From a virus, in the IMG/VR virus record IMGVR_UViG_3300009009_000011, positions 1 to 64,000 of that record: 64,000 bases of DNA; one strand, given 5' to 3'. Position numbers and translations under genes: made by a program. A model generated the notes under the pieces. The model saw only the letters and a program-made list of their open reading frames with translations, had not been told where the DNA came from and did no database searches. Positions 38,301 through 46,456 of this stretch are shown piece by piece. Each line of letters starts with the position of its first letter. Position 1 is the stretch's first letter.

Positions 38301-38548
38301 GTCGTGGTTTTTAGTTTTTAAAACTTATTTATTATTGGTGACGGGGTACAACCCCTTCCCGAAGGGCTCGGGGGTAGTTGATATGAGGCAGTTAGCGGGG
38401 GCTATTATATATACAAAATGTACGGTTAAGACGGGCTACTATATACACAGTTTATACAGTTCTCACACACGTTAATATATAGTATGGGGTAGGGGGGTAT
38501 TTTATATATATAGTTAAGCCGGGGGTATTGAAAATAAAAGGTTAAATT
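38301..38548. other. Divergence point of the two genome arms, with G-tracts and hairpins; candidate genome end/origin
   Basis: The coding strand switches here; six runs of G4-G6 lie on the + strand. Confidence 0.5.
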
Positions 38549-38577
38549 TGTAACCTTTATATTTTTAATACGTATAA
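38549..38577 (+). promoter_or_regulatory. ECF-type promoter TGTAAC-N16-CGTATAA
   Basis: Exact motif just upstream of the first rightward gene. Confidence 0.75.
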
Positions 38578-38599
38578 TGAGTATAAATATGTATATAGT

Positions 38600-38860
38600 A
38601 TGGTATTTACTAGGGAACAAATAGCAGATTGGGTTAAAGAGATTGATGCCTGTAAAGCAGAAGAAGAAGTGTATGGTAAACCAATAATAATGTGTAGACG
38701 TGGTGGGGTATATGAAACTACTGTTACTTTTGAATGTGAGGAGTGTGAAGAAGTGTTAAGTGTAGAACCAGGGTTAGAGGAAATAAATCATATAGATTGT
38801 AGGTGCCCAACATGTAATACAGTAAGGCCTATAACTACTATATTTTTAAGTTGTGATTAA
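38600..38860 (+). CDS. Zinc-ribbon protein
   Basis: CEEC...CPTC. Confidence 0.65.
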   Translation: MVFTREQIADWVKEIDACKAEEEVYGKPIIMCRRGGVYETTVTFECEECEEVLSVEPGLEEINHIDCRCPTCNTVRPITTIFLSCD

Positions 38861-39212
38861 TATGAAGAAAATTGATAAATTAGTTGAAAAAGCCAAGCAG
38901 TTTATATTGCTTGATGATAGGTTATTAGTATATCCATTACCATTACGTAGTTATAGTACTACGGATACGGTTTTAGATGATGAGGCTAATAAAGGTAAAA
39001 ATCCAATGCTTGACGAGTTAAAGACTGTCAAGAAGGTTGTTGAGATAAATTATAAGTATCAGGTTGCTATAGTTTTAGCAAAGTCTGATAATGTTAAAGA
39101 CCTTAACATAGGCGATAAGATTGTGTATAGGTTGTCTAATGTTATAGACTTTGACCTGCTGAAAGATGTGTCTATGCTAAAGCGATTTGAGATAATAGCT
39201 AAAATGGTATAA
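38853..39212 (+). CDS. GroES/cpn10-like co-chaperonin
   Basis: LDDRLLV...AIVLA...LNIGDKIVY...FEIIAK matches the cpn10 pattern; the mobile loop is long. Confidence 0.65.
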   Translation: MINMKKIDKLVEKAKQFILLDDRLLVYPLPLRSYSTTDTVLDDEANKGKNPMLDELKTVKKVVEINYKYQVAIVLAKSDNVKDLNIGDKIVYRLSNVIDFDLLKDVSMLKRFEIIAKMV

Positions 39213-39214
39213 TT

Positions 39215-39370
39215 ATGTGGTACAGGAAGTTAAAGCGTAAAATAAAGCGGCTTATATCGACTGTAAAGAAGAAATTGCCACATAAACCTGATGCTATGAC
39301 AAAGTTATATTATATCTTGAGTAATGTTAATGGTAAGTATTATTTTACAGACTCATTAAAAAAGCTATAA
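39215..39370 (+). CDS. Small basic protein (51 aa, not in ORF track)
   Basis: MWYRKLKRK...SLKKL. Confidence 0.45.
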   Translation: MWYRKLKRKIKRLISTVKKKLPHKPDAMTKLYYILSNVNGKYYFTDSLKKL

Positions 39371-39397
39371 TAAACTAAAAAAATATTTTGTATAAAG

Positions 39398-39426
39398 TGC
39401 AACAAAATTGTAACTTGTACGTATAA
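39398..39426 (+). promoter_or_regulatory. ECF-type promoter TGCAAC-N16-CGTATAA
   Basis: Intergenic motif copy. Confidence 0.7.
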
Positions 39427-39429
39427 CGA

Positions 39430-39675
39430 GTAGATCCTTGAACCCTCCCTGGTGTCTGGTAAACAATTGGGAGGAGAGTTGGGTGGAGATACTACAAATA
39501 GTAGGACGGTCATCCATTGGTCACAAAGAATAAAATATAAGTTTTAGGTGAGGTGTATATAAAAGGATACACCGAGGTAGACAAATTAACTATTGTCAGC
39601 ACTGCCTAATAACTGAAGTTTTTATTTAAAAAGGAGGTCTTTTACCGCAAGGTAAAGGGAACACCTCTATTAGTT
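39430..39675 (+). ncRNA. Candidate structured sRNA or 5' leader
   Basis: Starts right after an ECF-type promoter; nested stems including CTTTTACC-GCAA-GGTAAAGG; no ORF. Confidence 0.45.
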
Positions 39676-39713
39676 AATATCATATATTATTTAATTGGCT
39701 TTGACTTCTTATT

Positions 39714-39959
39714 ATGAAAAGTTTGAATAGTGTTCAACAAAATATATTTAATGATTTTTTATTATTAAAGGTTATACAAGATGATAATAATCATAATAAG
39801 TTATGGGCCATAAATATATTATATGAAAGATTTGGTGATCGGGTTTTAGATAAGGGTTTACTGAAACCTATAGCAAAAGAGTTGGGGGTAGCTAGGTATG
39901 TTGTAGTTGATTATATAAAGTATAAGTTAAAAGGGTTACCTCATGGCAAAATTAAGTAA
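39714..39959 (+). CDS. Small HTH-like protein
   Basis: IAKELGVARYVV. Confidence 0.55.
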   Translation: MKSLNSVQQNIFNDFLLLKVIQDDNNHNKLWAINILYERFGDRVLDKGLLKPIAKELGVARYVVVDYIKYKLKGLPHGKIK

Positions 39960-40146
39960 AGCTGAGTTACGTAGGTTAGTTGAGCATGTTGAATCTGTAG
40001 GTTCAGACTTAGACACGTTAGACTTAAGGTCATTAATATGTGACGAGGGGTTGTGTCCTATCGAACATTGCGCTTATTACGGGCCAGGCGAAGTTGAATG
40101 TCCACACTTGACACAAGTGTGTGAGCTGTTAAAAAATGGTAAATGA
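39943..40146 (+). CDS. Small Cys-rich protein
   Basis: 67 aa with five Cys. Confidence 0.55.
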   Translation: MAKLSKAELRRLVEHVESVGSDLDTLDLRSLICDEGLCPIEHCAYYGPGEVECPHLTQVCELLKNGK

Positions 40147-40490
40147 CTGTTATAGACAAGGCAGATGATGGTAAGTTGAGGTGGGACCTTTTACCAGTTG
40201 CCGAAATTGAAGAGCTAGTTAAAGTTATAAACATGGGGGCTGAAAAGTATGCTCCTAATAATTGGCAAAATATGCCAAATGCGACAGACCGACTATATGC
40301 TGCTTTATTGAGGCATTTAGTTGATTGGCGTAAAGGGTCTAAAATAGACCAAGAATCTGGGTTAAATCATTTAGCCCATGTGTTATGTAACGCTTTATTT
40401 TTATTGTGGTTTGACCGTAATAAAGGGGGGAGGTGCAATGATGTGCAAGAAGAAGTGGAACCAAAAGGGATTTATGCTTTTGTAAAGTGA
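40143..40490 (+). CDS. dATP/dGTP diphosphohydrolase-like protein (DUF5664)
   Basis: KADDGKLRWDLLP, GAEKYAPNNW, ALLRH and DQESGLNHLAHVLCN motifs. Confidence 0.85.
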   Translation: MTVIDKADDGKLRWDLLPVAEIEELVKVINMGAEKYAPNNWQNMPNATDRLYAALLRHLVDWRKGSKIDQESGLNHLAHVLCNALFLLWFDRNKGGRCNDVQEEVEPKGIYAFVK

Positions 40491-40550
40491 GACCAAGGGG
40501 TGTAAAAAACCTCTGATTATATATAGCAGGTGTGTAACAACATTCTGTAC

Positions 40551-40586
40551 AAGGCTAGGGCTAAATACTCTAGCCTTTTATTTTTT
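40551..40586 (+). terminator. Intrinsic terminator
   Basis: AAGGCTAG...CTAGCCTT followed by a T-tract, immediately before the next promoter. Confidence 0.75.
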
Positions 40587-40607
40587 ATGAAAATATTTTA
40601 CATTAAT

Positions 40608-40636
40608 TGTAACTTTATTGTAACTTATACGTATAA
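40608..40636 (+). promoter_or_regulatory. ECF-type promoter TGTAAC-N16-CGTATAA
   Basis: Intergenic motif copy directly after a terminator. Confidence 0.75.
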
Positions 40637-40683
40637 AGGGTGTGGGGCAGTTTTAGTATAAAGTTATTTAAAATGATAATAAT

Positions 40684-40830
40684 ATGAGATTAGTTAAGTT
40701 AATACCGGTTTATAGGGTTGTTGAAGTTAGCCCTTTAAAGCCGTTGAAGAAGCGCATTTTAAAACTAATGCGGCGTTCGAAAACAAAAACAATAAGTTAT
40801 AATGTACTGATTAGGTTATTAGTTGATTAA
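40684..40830 (+). CDS. Small basic protein (48 aa, not in ORF track)
   Basis: First ORF after the promoter; abuts the next start. Confidence 0.4.
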   Translation: MRLVKLIPVYRVVEVSPLKPLKKRILKLMRRSKTKTISYNVLIRLLVD

Positions 40831-40831
40831 T

Positions 40832-41209
40832 ATGGGCGAAAAAGAGCGTTATATAAAACAGCCAATATTTGATCATCAACAGTTTTTAAGTGATGATGGG
40901 TCTTTTATACAGGCTAAATGTGAATTAGAGTTATACTATTATGACGACCTTAGAACTAAGCTAGAGTGGGTTTCTCCACAGGCAATTTTAAAGCTTAGTA
41001 ATGGGGACCGAGTGTTTAATTTTTATACAGAATCTTTTAATTCAGATGCTAGGCAAACCTCTATAAATACTATTGAAAAAGTTATAGCTGTGTTAGAGCA
41101 GTTTAAAGCTGCTTTTATATATTTAGATGAACAAACTACTGTGTTAGAAGCAGAGGCAGATAAGAATAATAAGGTTACAGAGGAAGTTGTAGAACCAATA
41201 AATGAATAA
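40832..41209 (+). CDS. Hypothetical protein
   Basis: About 125 aa; ATG at 40832. Confidence 0.65.
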   Translation: MGEKERYIKQPIFDHQQFLSDDGSFIQAKCELELYYYDDLRTKLEWVSPQAILKLSNGDRVFNFYTESFNSDARQTSINTIEKVIAVLEQFKAAFIYLDEQTTVLEAEADKNNKVTEEVVEPINE

Positions 41210-41479
41210 ATGGGTTTTGGCGAAGTTGATGTTTGGTTATGGCTTGCTCTATTTTTTGGGTGTATTGTATATGACTATACAAACGCTAAGTATGTGCGAG
41301 CTGTAGCCGAATACAACAGGCTAAAAGCCGCAAACACTAGTATGTTTTTAGTTGTTGCAGGGGGGTTATTTACATACGAATATGTTAATAACTTATGGAA
41401 TTTAATACCTATTGCAGCAGGTTGTTGGTTAGGGACTTTTATTAGTGTTTGGCAGAAAAATAAAATAAATGTTAAGTGA
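41210..41479 (+). CDS. Small three-TM membrane protein
   Basis: Three hydrophobic segments; GCWLGT. Confidence 0.65.
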   Translation: MGFGEVDVWLWLALFFGCIVYDYTNAKYVRAVAEYNRLKAANTSMFLVVAGGLFTYEYVNNLWNLIPIAAGCWLGTFISVWQKNKINVK

Positions 41480-41885
41480 TAAATTAGTTTTAGCAATAGA
41501 CTTTGATGGGACTATAGTTAGTCATAATTACCCAGAGATGGGGGAGTTATTTACACATGCTAAAGAATGCATTAATGAATTATATGATAGTGGTAAATAT
41601 TACATTATAATATGGTCATGTCGCACTAATCAGAATGAGGCAGATATGATAAAGTTTTTGAATGAAAATGGTATAAGGTATCATTCAATTAATGAGAATT
41701 GTCCAGAGTTTATAGCTAAGTGTGAATTAGTTAAATGTGGCTTACCCCGTAAATTATATTATGATATATTAGTGGATGATAGGTCATTGTGGGGTTATTG
41801 TATTAACTTTGAATTTGAATGGCCTATGATTAAAAGATTAATAGAAACTGAGTATATACTCAAAACAAAAAATATAACAGTATGA
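41469..41885 (+). CDS. HAD-superfamily phosphatase (BT0820-like)
   Basis: AIDFDGTIV, WSCR, INEN and RKLYYDILVDDR motifs. Confidence 0.85.
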   Translation: MLSDKLVLAIDFDGTIVSHNYPEMGELFTHAKECINELYDSGKYYIIIWSCRTNQNEADMIKFLNENGIRYHSINENCPEFIAKCELVKCGLPRKLYYDILVDDRSLWGYCINFEFEWPMIKRLIETEYILKTKNITV

Positions 41886-42088
41886 GTTTAAAATCAAAGT
41901 GGTGGTGTATTAAGTCAGAGTGTAAGCATTATAATACACATTCTACACACAAAGGGGCTCTTGTTGTTACAGAGCATTGTAGACATAAAGATGCGGTCAA
42001 TTCTAAAAAATGTGATACCCCAAGGTTAGGTCGTAATATAGATACTATGCAGATGTGTCCTGTATTATATGATATGAAGGAGGACTAA
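41882..42088 (+). CDS. Small Cys/His-rich protein
   Basis: 68-aa ORF. Confidence 0.55.
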   Translation: MSLKSKWWCIKSECKHYNTHSTHKGALVVTEHCRHKDAVNSKKCDTPRLGRNIDTMQMCPVLYDMKED

Positions 42089-44401
42089 ATGACTAGGGTA
42101 GAAGTATTAAAAACAGCAAAGGATTATTTTAAAGGTAATGAATTACAAGCAACTCTTTGGGTTGATAAGTACTGTTTACATGATAATTTAGGTAATTATT
42201 TAGAGTCTACTCCTGATGATATGTTTCATCGTTTAGCTAAAGAATTTGCACGTATTGAATTAAAATACCCAAATCCATTATATGAAGAAGAGATATACAA
42301 TTTGCTTAAAGACTTTACTTACATTATTCCAGGTGGGTCTATTCTCTTTGGTGTTGGTAATGATCATGTTTACACCTCTCTTGGCAATTGTTTCGTTATT
42401 GGTGATAGTACTGATTCGTATGGTTCAATTTGTAAAATTGACGAAGAGCAAGTACAATTAATGAAACGGCGTGGTGGTGTAGGTCATGACATTTCACATT
42501 TACGTCCTAAAGGTGCTTCTGTTAATAATGCAGCTTGCACCTCAACTGGGGCAATTAGCTTTATGAGTAGGTATTCTAACACTACTCGTGAAGTAGCTCA
42601 AGGGGGTAGGCGTGGTGCTTTGATATTAACTATGTCAGTTGATCATCCAGATATAGAGGATTTTATAGAGTCTAAGGCAGATATAACTAAGCTTACAGGT
42701 TGTAATATTTCAGTAAAGGTTACTGACAAATTTATGGATGATGTAAAAGCTAAAGTACCTCAGGCATTGACCATTTGGCAAAAATTGGTATATCAGGCCT
42801 GGGCTACAGCTGAACCTGGTGTATTATTCTGGGATACTATTACTAATAATAGTCCTGCTGATAAATATAAAGGGTTTGAATCTGTATCAACTAATCCATG
42901 TGGGGAGATACCTTTATGTCCGTACGATACATGTCGTTTAATGTCTGTTAATTTGTTTAGTTTTGTTGATAAACCTTTTACTCCTAATGCTACTTTTAAT
43001 GCTATAAAATTTGTTGATGTTGTTAATAAGGCTCAACGATTGATGGATGATGTGATTGATTTAGAGAAAGAAAAGATAGATAAAATATTAAAAAAGATAT
43101 CTCCTGCTAAAGTAAATAGTGATTCTACACATAGGGAGTATATACTTTGGACAAAGATATATGAGAAACTACACAAAGGTCGTAGGACTGGTTTATCTGT
43201 AATAGGCCTTGCAGATTGCTTAGCAGCATTAAATGTTAAATATGGTTCACCAGAATCTATAAGCACAATTGATTTTATGTTTAACATATTTAAAAAAGCT
43301 GCTTATACTTCTAGCGAATACATGGCAGAAGAGCGTGGAGCGTTTCCTGTATGGGATAAAAATATAGACCCTATGCCTAGACGTAATATTGCTTTATTAA
43401 CTATACCCCCATCAGGTACAATATCTATTATGGCTGGTGTAACAAGTGGTATAGAGCCAGTATTTAATTTATTATATATACGTAGGCGTAAGGTTGAGGA
43501 ATCTGATAATGTTGTATTTGTAGATAAACAAGGTGACAAATGGGAAGAGTATACTGTATTACATCCTAAATATGAAGAGTGGAAATATACAACAGATTTA
43601 AAATTATTTGGTGATGCTTGGGATAGAAAAACATTGTATAATATAGATATAGAGGATACATATATTAAAGCATCTCCTTATTATGGTTGTACAGCACATG
43701 ATATCAACCCTTTAGATAGGGTTAAGGTGCAAGCTACTATACAGAAATATATAGACCATAGTATAGCATCTACTATTAATTTGCCAGCAACTGCAACAGT
43801 TGAAGATATATCTAATATATACATGACTGCATGGGAAAGTGGTTGTAAGGGTATTACTGTATATCGTGAAGGTTGTAGGGATGGGGTGTTAATTAATAAA
43901 GGTGAGAATAAGACTGAATTTAAGCAACACAATGCCCCAAAGAGGCCTAAAATTTTAAGGGCTCAAGTTAATGAAGTTAAGATAAAAGGTAATGTTTATA
44001 GTGTGCTTGTTGGTTTGTTTGATAATAAACCATATGAAGTATTTGTTTTGAACTATTCTTTACCTTCTATTGAAGGGGATATAGTTAAGAATTCAAAAGG
44101 TAATTATATATATGGTACTATTAATGTTACAGAGAATTTAACAGATGAGCAGTCAGCAATAACTAGGTTAGTGTCTACTGCTTTAAGACATGGTACTGAC
44201 ATTAAATTTATAGTGGAACAACTTAATAAAATAGGTGGTGATTTAACATCTTTTACAAAAGCAATATCTAGGGTATTAAAAAAATACATACCAGATGGTA
44301 CTAATATTAAAGGTATTAAATGTGAAGTGTGTGGGAATGGTTTAGTTATGGAGAATGGTTGTATGATTTGTAAATCGTGTGGTAATAGTAAATGTAGTTA
44401 A
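42089..44401 (+). CDS. nrdJ: Ribonucleotide reductase class II (adenosylcobalamin-dependent)
   Basis: GNCFV, QGGRRGA, TNPCGE, PSGTIS, SGIEP, GCKGITVYR and a C-terminal Zn ribbon; no small subunit nearby. Confidence 0.93.
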   Translation: MTRVEVLKTAKDYFKGNELQATLWVDKYCLHDNLGNYLESTPDDMFHRLAKEFARIELKYPNPLYEEEIYNLLKDFTYIIPGGSILFGVGNDHVYTSLGNCFVIGDSTDSYGSICKIDEEQVQLMKRRGGVGHDISHLRPKGASVNNAACTSTGAISFMSRYSNTTREVAQGGRRGALILTMSVDHPDIEDFIESKADITKLTGCNISVKVTDKFMDDVKAKVPQALTIWQKLVYQAWATAEPGVLFWDTITNNSPADKYKGFESVSTNPCGEIPLCPYDTCRLMSVNLFSFVDKPFTPNATFNAIKFVDVVNKAQRLMDDVIDLEKEKIDKILKKISPAKVNSDSTHREYILWTKIYEKLHKGRRTGLSVIGLADCLAALNVKYGSPESISTIDFMFNIFKKAAYTSSEYMAEERGAFPVWDKNIDPMPRRNIALLTIPPSGTISIMAGVTSGIEPVFNLLYIRRRKVEESDNVVFVDKQGDKWEEYTVLHPKYEEWKYTTDLKLFGDAWDRKTLYNIDIEDTYIKASPYYGCTAHDINPLDRVKVQATIQKYIDHSIASTINLPATATVEDISNIYMTAWESGCKGITVYREGCRDGVLINKGENKTEFKQHNAPKRPKILRAQVNEVKIKGNVYSVLVGLFDNKPYEVFVLNYSLPSIEGDIVKNSKGNYIYGTINVTENLTDEQSAITRLVSTALRHGTDIKFIVEQLNKIGGDLTSFTKAISRVLKKYIPDGTNIKGIKCEVCGNGLVMENGCMICKSCGNSKCS

Positions 44402-44403
44402 TA

Positions 44404-44541
44404 ATGGCTAGAGGTATAGGTGTAAGTAAATTTAGGCGTAAGCCAAGGCATAAAAGGCCTGGTATTCATGCTAAATGTAAAGAATCAAAGAATAAAAATA
44501 GTAGGAATTATGTTAAACAGTATGTTGGGCAAGGGCGTTGA
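44404..44541 (+). CDS. Small basic protein ending YVGQGR (45 aa, not in ORF track)
   Basis: MARGIG...KRPGIHAK...KQYVGQGR starts 2 nt after the nrdJ stop. Confidence 0.65.
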   Translation: MARGIGVSKFRRKPRHKRPGIHAKCKESKNKNSRNYVKQYVGQGR

Positions 44542-44701
44542 AGATAACATAAGGGCAGAAGTTTTAGAGATAAATAAAGACATGCCTGACGGTATATATT
44601 TATATGAAATATACCCTGGGTTTAAAACATGGATGAGTAAACAATTAATGATAGAGGTGGAAGTAGCACTTCGTTTAAAAGTATTAGAATATGATAGGTA
44701 A
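44468..44701 (+). CDS. Hypothetical protein (start uncertain)
   Basis: The ORF overlaps the preceding small gene. Confidence 0.4.
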   Translation: MLNVKNQRIKIVGIMLNSMLGKGVEDNIRAEVLEINKDMPDGIYLYEIYPGFKTWMSKQLMIEVEVALRLKVLEYDR

Positions 44702-44948
44702 AAAGTTTTATGTATATACCAACTGGGGCCTTTGTAAAGGCACTGTTGTGAAAGAGAAAAAAGATGAGAAGTATAATACTGGGTTAACTCAGTATAAATT
44801 GAGAATTGATATTGATAGGAATAATACAAACAAAGATTATGGATTTTGGTTTTGTGAAGGCCAATTACATAAGTATTATTTTACAGCAATAGTATTAGAA
44901 TTATTTAAACCATTTGGTTGGTTTGTTAAATCTATAATTAAAGGTTAA
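44691..44948 (+). CDS. Hypothetical protein
   Basis: 85-aa ORF. Confidence 0.55.
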   Translation: MIGKKFYVYTNWGLCKGTVVKEKKDEKYNTGLTQYKLRIDIDRNNTNKDYGFWFCEGQLHKYYFTAIVLELFKPFGWFVKSIIKG

Positions 44949-44949
44949 T

Positions 44950-45516
44950 ATGAAAATGTGCAAGACAGATAAATTTGAACCAGTTGAGGTTATAAAGTCC
45001 TTTTTAGGAATTAAGAAGGGGACTGTGCTGAAGTTTGATGGTGCGAGTTCTAAGTATATAAGTAGGGTTGAAGAGGAAGAAATAGGTGACAATGATTATT
45101 ATTATTCAGGTCATGCTATTGCTATAGATCCTTTGATTGTTGAGAATAATTTGGGTAAACATTTTAAATTACTTGAATTAAAAGCAGCACCAGTACAACC
45201 AGCTATAGAAGAAAAAGAACAGGAAGTACCGCCTGTAAAATTTGTTAGTTGTGAAAAAACAGAGAATACAGACGCACCAGATCAAGAACCAGTCCGTATG
45301 GAGAAGAAGAGAGAACTGCCGCCTGAAAAAGCAGATCTTGTATTTGAATGTGGGTTGTGTCATTTTGTTAATAAGATTGCTTCTGTAAGGCACGGGGTAT
45401 TTTTTCCTGTCGGCAAAGATACTTTTCTAAAAATCAAGTGTGAGAATTGTGGGATTACTACTAATATTTATTATGATATAGCAGATGATACTACAGAAGA
45501 AAGTAAACAAGGGTAG
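44950..45516 (+). CDS. C4 zinc-finger protein
   Basis: CGLC...CENC. Confidence 0.7.
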   Translation: MKMCKTDKFEPVEVIKSFLGIKKGTVLKFDGASSKYISRVEEEEIGDNDYYYSGHAIAIDPLIVENNLGKHFKLLELKAAPVQPAIEEKEQEVPPVKFVSCEKTENTDAPDQEPVRMEKKRELPPEKADLVFECGLCHFVNKIASVRHGVFFPVGKDTFLKIKCENCGITTNIYYDIADDTTEESKQG

Positions 45517-45898
45517 TTTTTATACTGACTTTGTAAATATTTTAAATGGGGTACTTCAGCTTTCTCCGAGGGAAGCTGAGGTATTTTCTCATTTATTATT
45601 GTTTAGTGATGCAGGTTATGCGGAGAATATAAATCATAAAACAGTAAGGAAGAATATAAAATTGGTATTAGGTATTAGTGAAGCAAATTTAAGTAGGTAT
45701 TTGAATACTATAAAAACTAAAGGTCTTATAGTAAAAAGTGGTGAATCTAAATGGGTAATAAATGATAACATAAAACCTGATGTTGAAGGTGATACTGTTG
45801 AGGTTTTATTTAGTTTAAAGATATTAAAAGATGTTGAAGATAAAGCAGTTGTGGAAAAAGCTATCGCTGGTGTCTATACAAAAGACGCTGAATCATAA
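45485..45898 (+). CDS. Winged-HTH DNA-binding protein
   Basis: LSPREAEV...LGISEANLSRYLNTIKTKGLI. Confidence 0.75.
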   Translation: MILQKKVNKGSFYTDFVNILNGVLQLSPREAEVFSHLLLFSDAGYAENINHKTVRKNIKLVLGISEANLSRYLNTIKTKGLIVKSGESKWVINDNIKPDVEGDTVEVLFSLKILKDVEDKAVVEKAIAGVYTKDAES

Positions 45899-46115
45899 TC
45901 TAGAGTGGAAAGATGTTGAACATCAGATATATGATGAAAATAGTAATAAAGTATATGAGATTAGGTTTTTAGGTATTAAGGTCTATAGGATTGAGAATAC
46001 GGTTATTGCTAATCATGAAATACTTAAAGCGGGTAAAAAAATAGGTTTTATATCAGATGACAAAGTTGGTGAACAAGCAAGAGTTGTTGATAAAGCAACT
46101 AGCCAAAGAATATAA
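45831..46115 (+). CDS. Hypothetical protein
   Basis: 94-aa ORF overlapping its neighbours. Confidence 0.45.
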   Translation: MLKIKQLWKKLSLVSIQKTLNHNLEWKDVEHQIYDENSNKVYEIRFLGIKVYRIENTVIANHEILKAGKKIGFISDDKVGEQARVVDKATSQRI

Positions 46116-46455
46116 AATAGACTATAGGGTATGTAAAGCAATAGTTAATTCTCCTTTTTTGTATTTAAAGTATTTGGTTACAGACGATTTTCAAGAGGAT
46201 GGAATGCGTATACCATATTTTGGTGCTTTTTGTCAAAAAGGTGGTTATAAAAATAAAACAATGAGAACTGAAACTAGGAAAAAAATATTATTAGAAAATA
46301 TAGATGAGGTTACCATTATGATGGCAACTACACAAGGTTTTATAGTTCCGTCAAGTGATTCTGCTAAGGAAGTTATAGAGAAAGCTTGGGAAGATGGTGA
46401 CTACGAAAAGATTAATTTTATTTGGGGTGGGTGGAAAGAATATAATGGTAGTTAA
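46057..46455 (+). CDS. HU/IHF-like DNA-binding protein
   Basis: LIKQLAKEY...MRIPYFGAF pattern. Confidence 0.6.
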   Translation: MTKLVNKQELLIKQLAKEYKIDYRVCKAIVNSPFLYLKYLVTDDFQEDGMRIPYFGAFCQKGGYKNKTMRTETRKKILLENIDEVTIMMATTQGFIVPSSDSAKEVIEKAWEDGDYEKINFIWGGWKEYNGS

Positions 46456-46456
46456 T

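Noticed and set aside
40143-40490. 2-aminoadenine (Z) genome system
   Set aside because: No PurZ or HD-family DatZ is visible in the window, and DUF5664 alone is insufficient.
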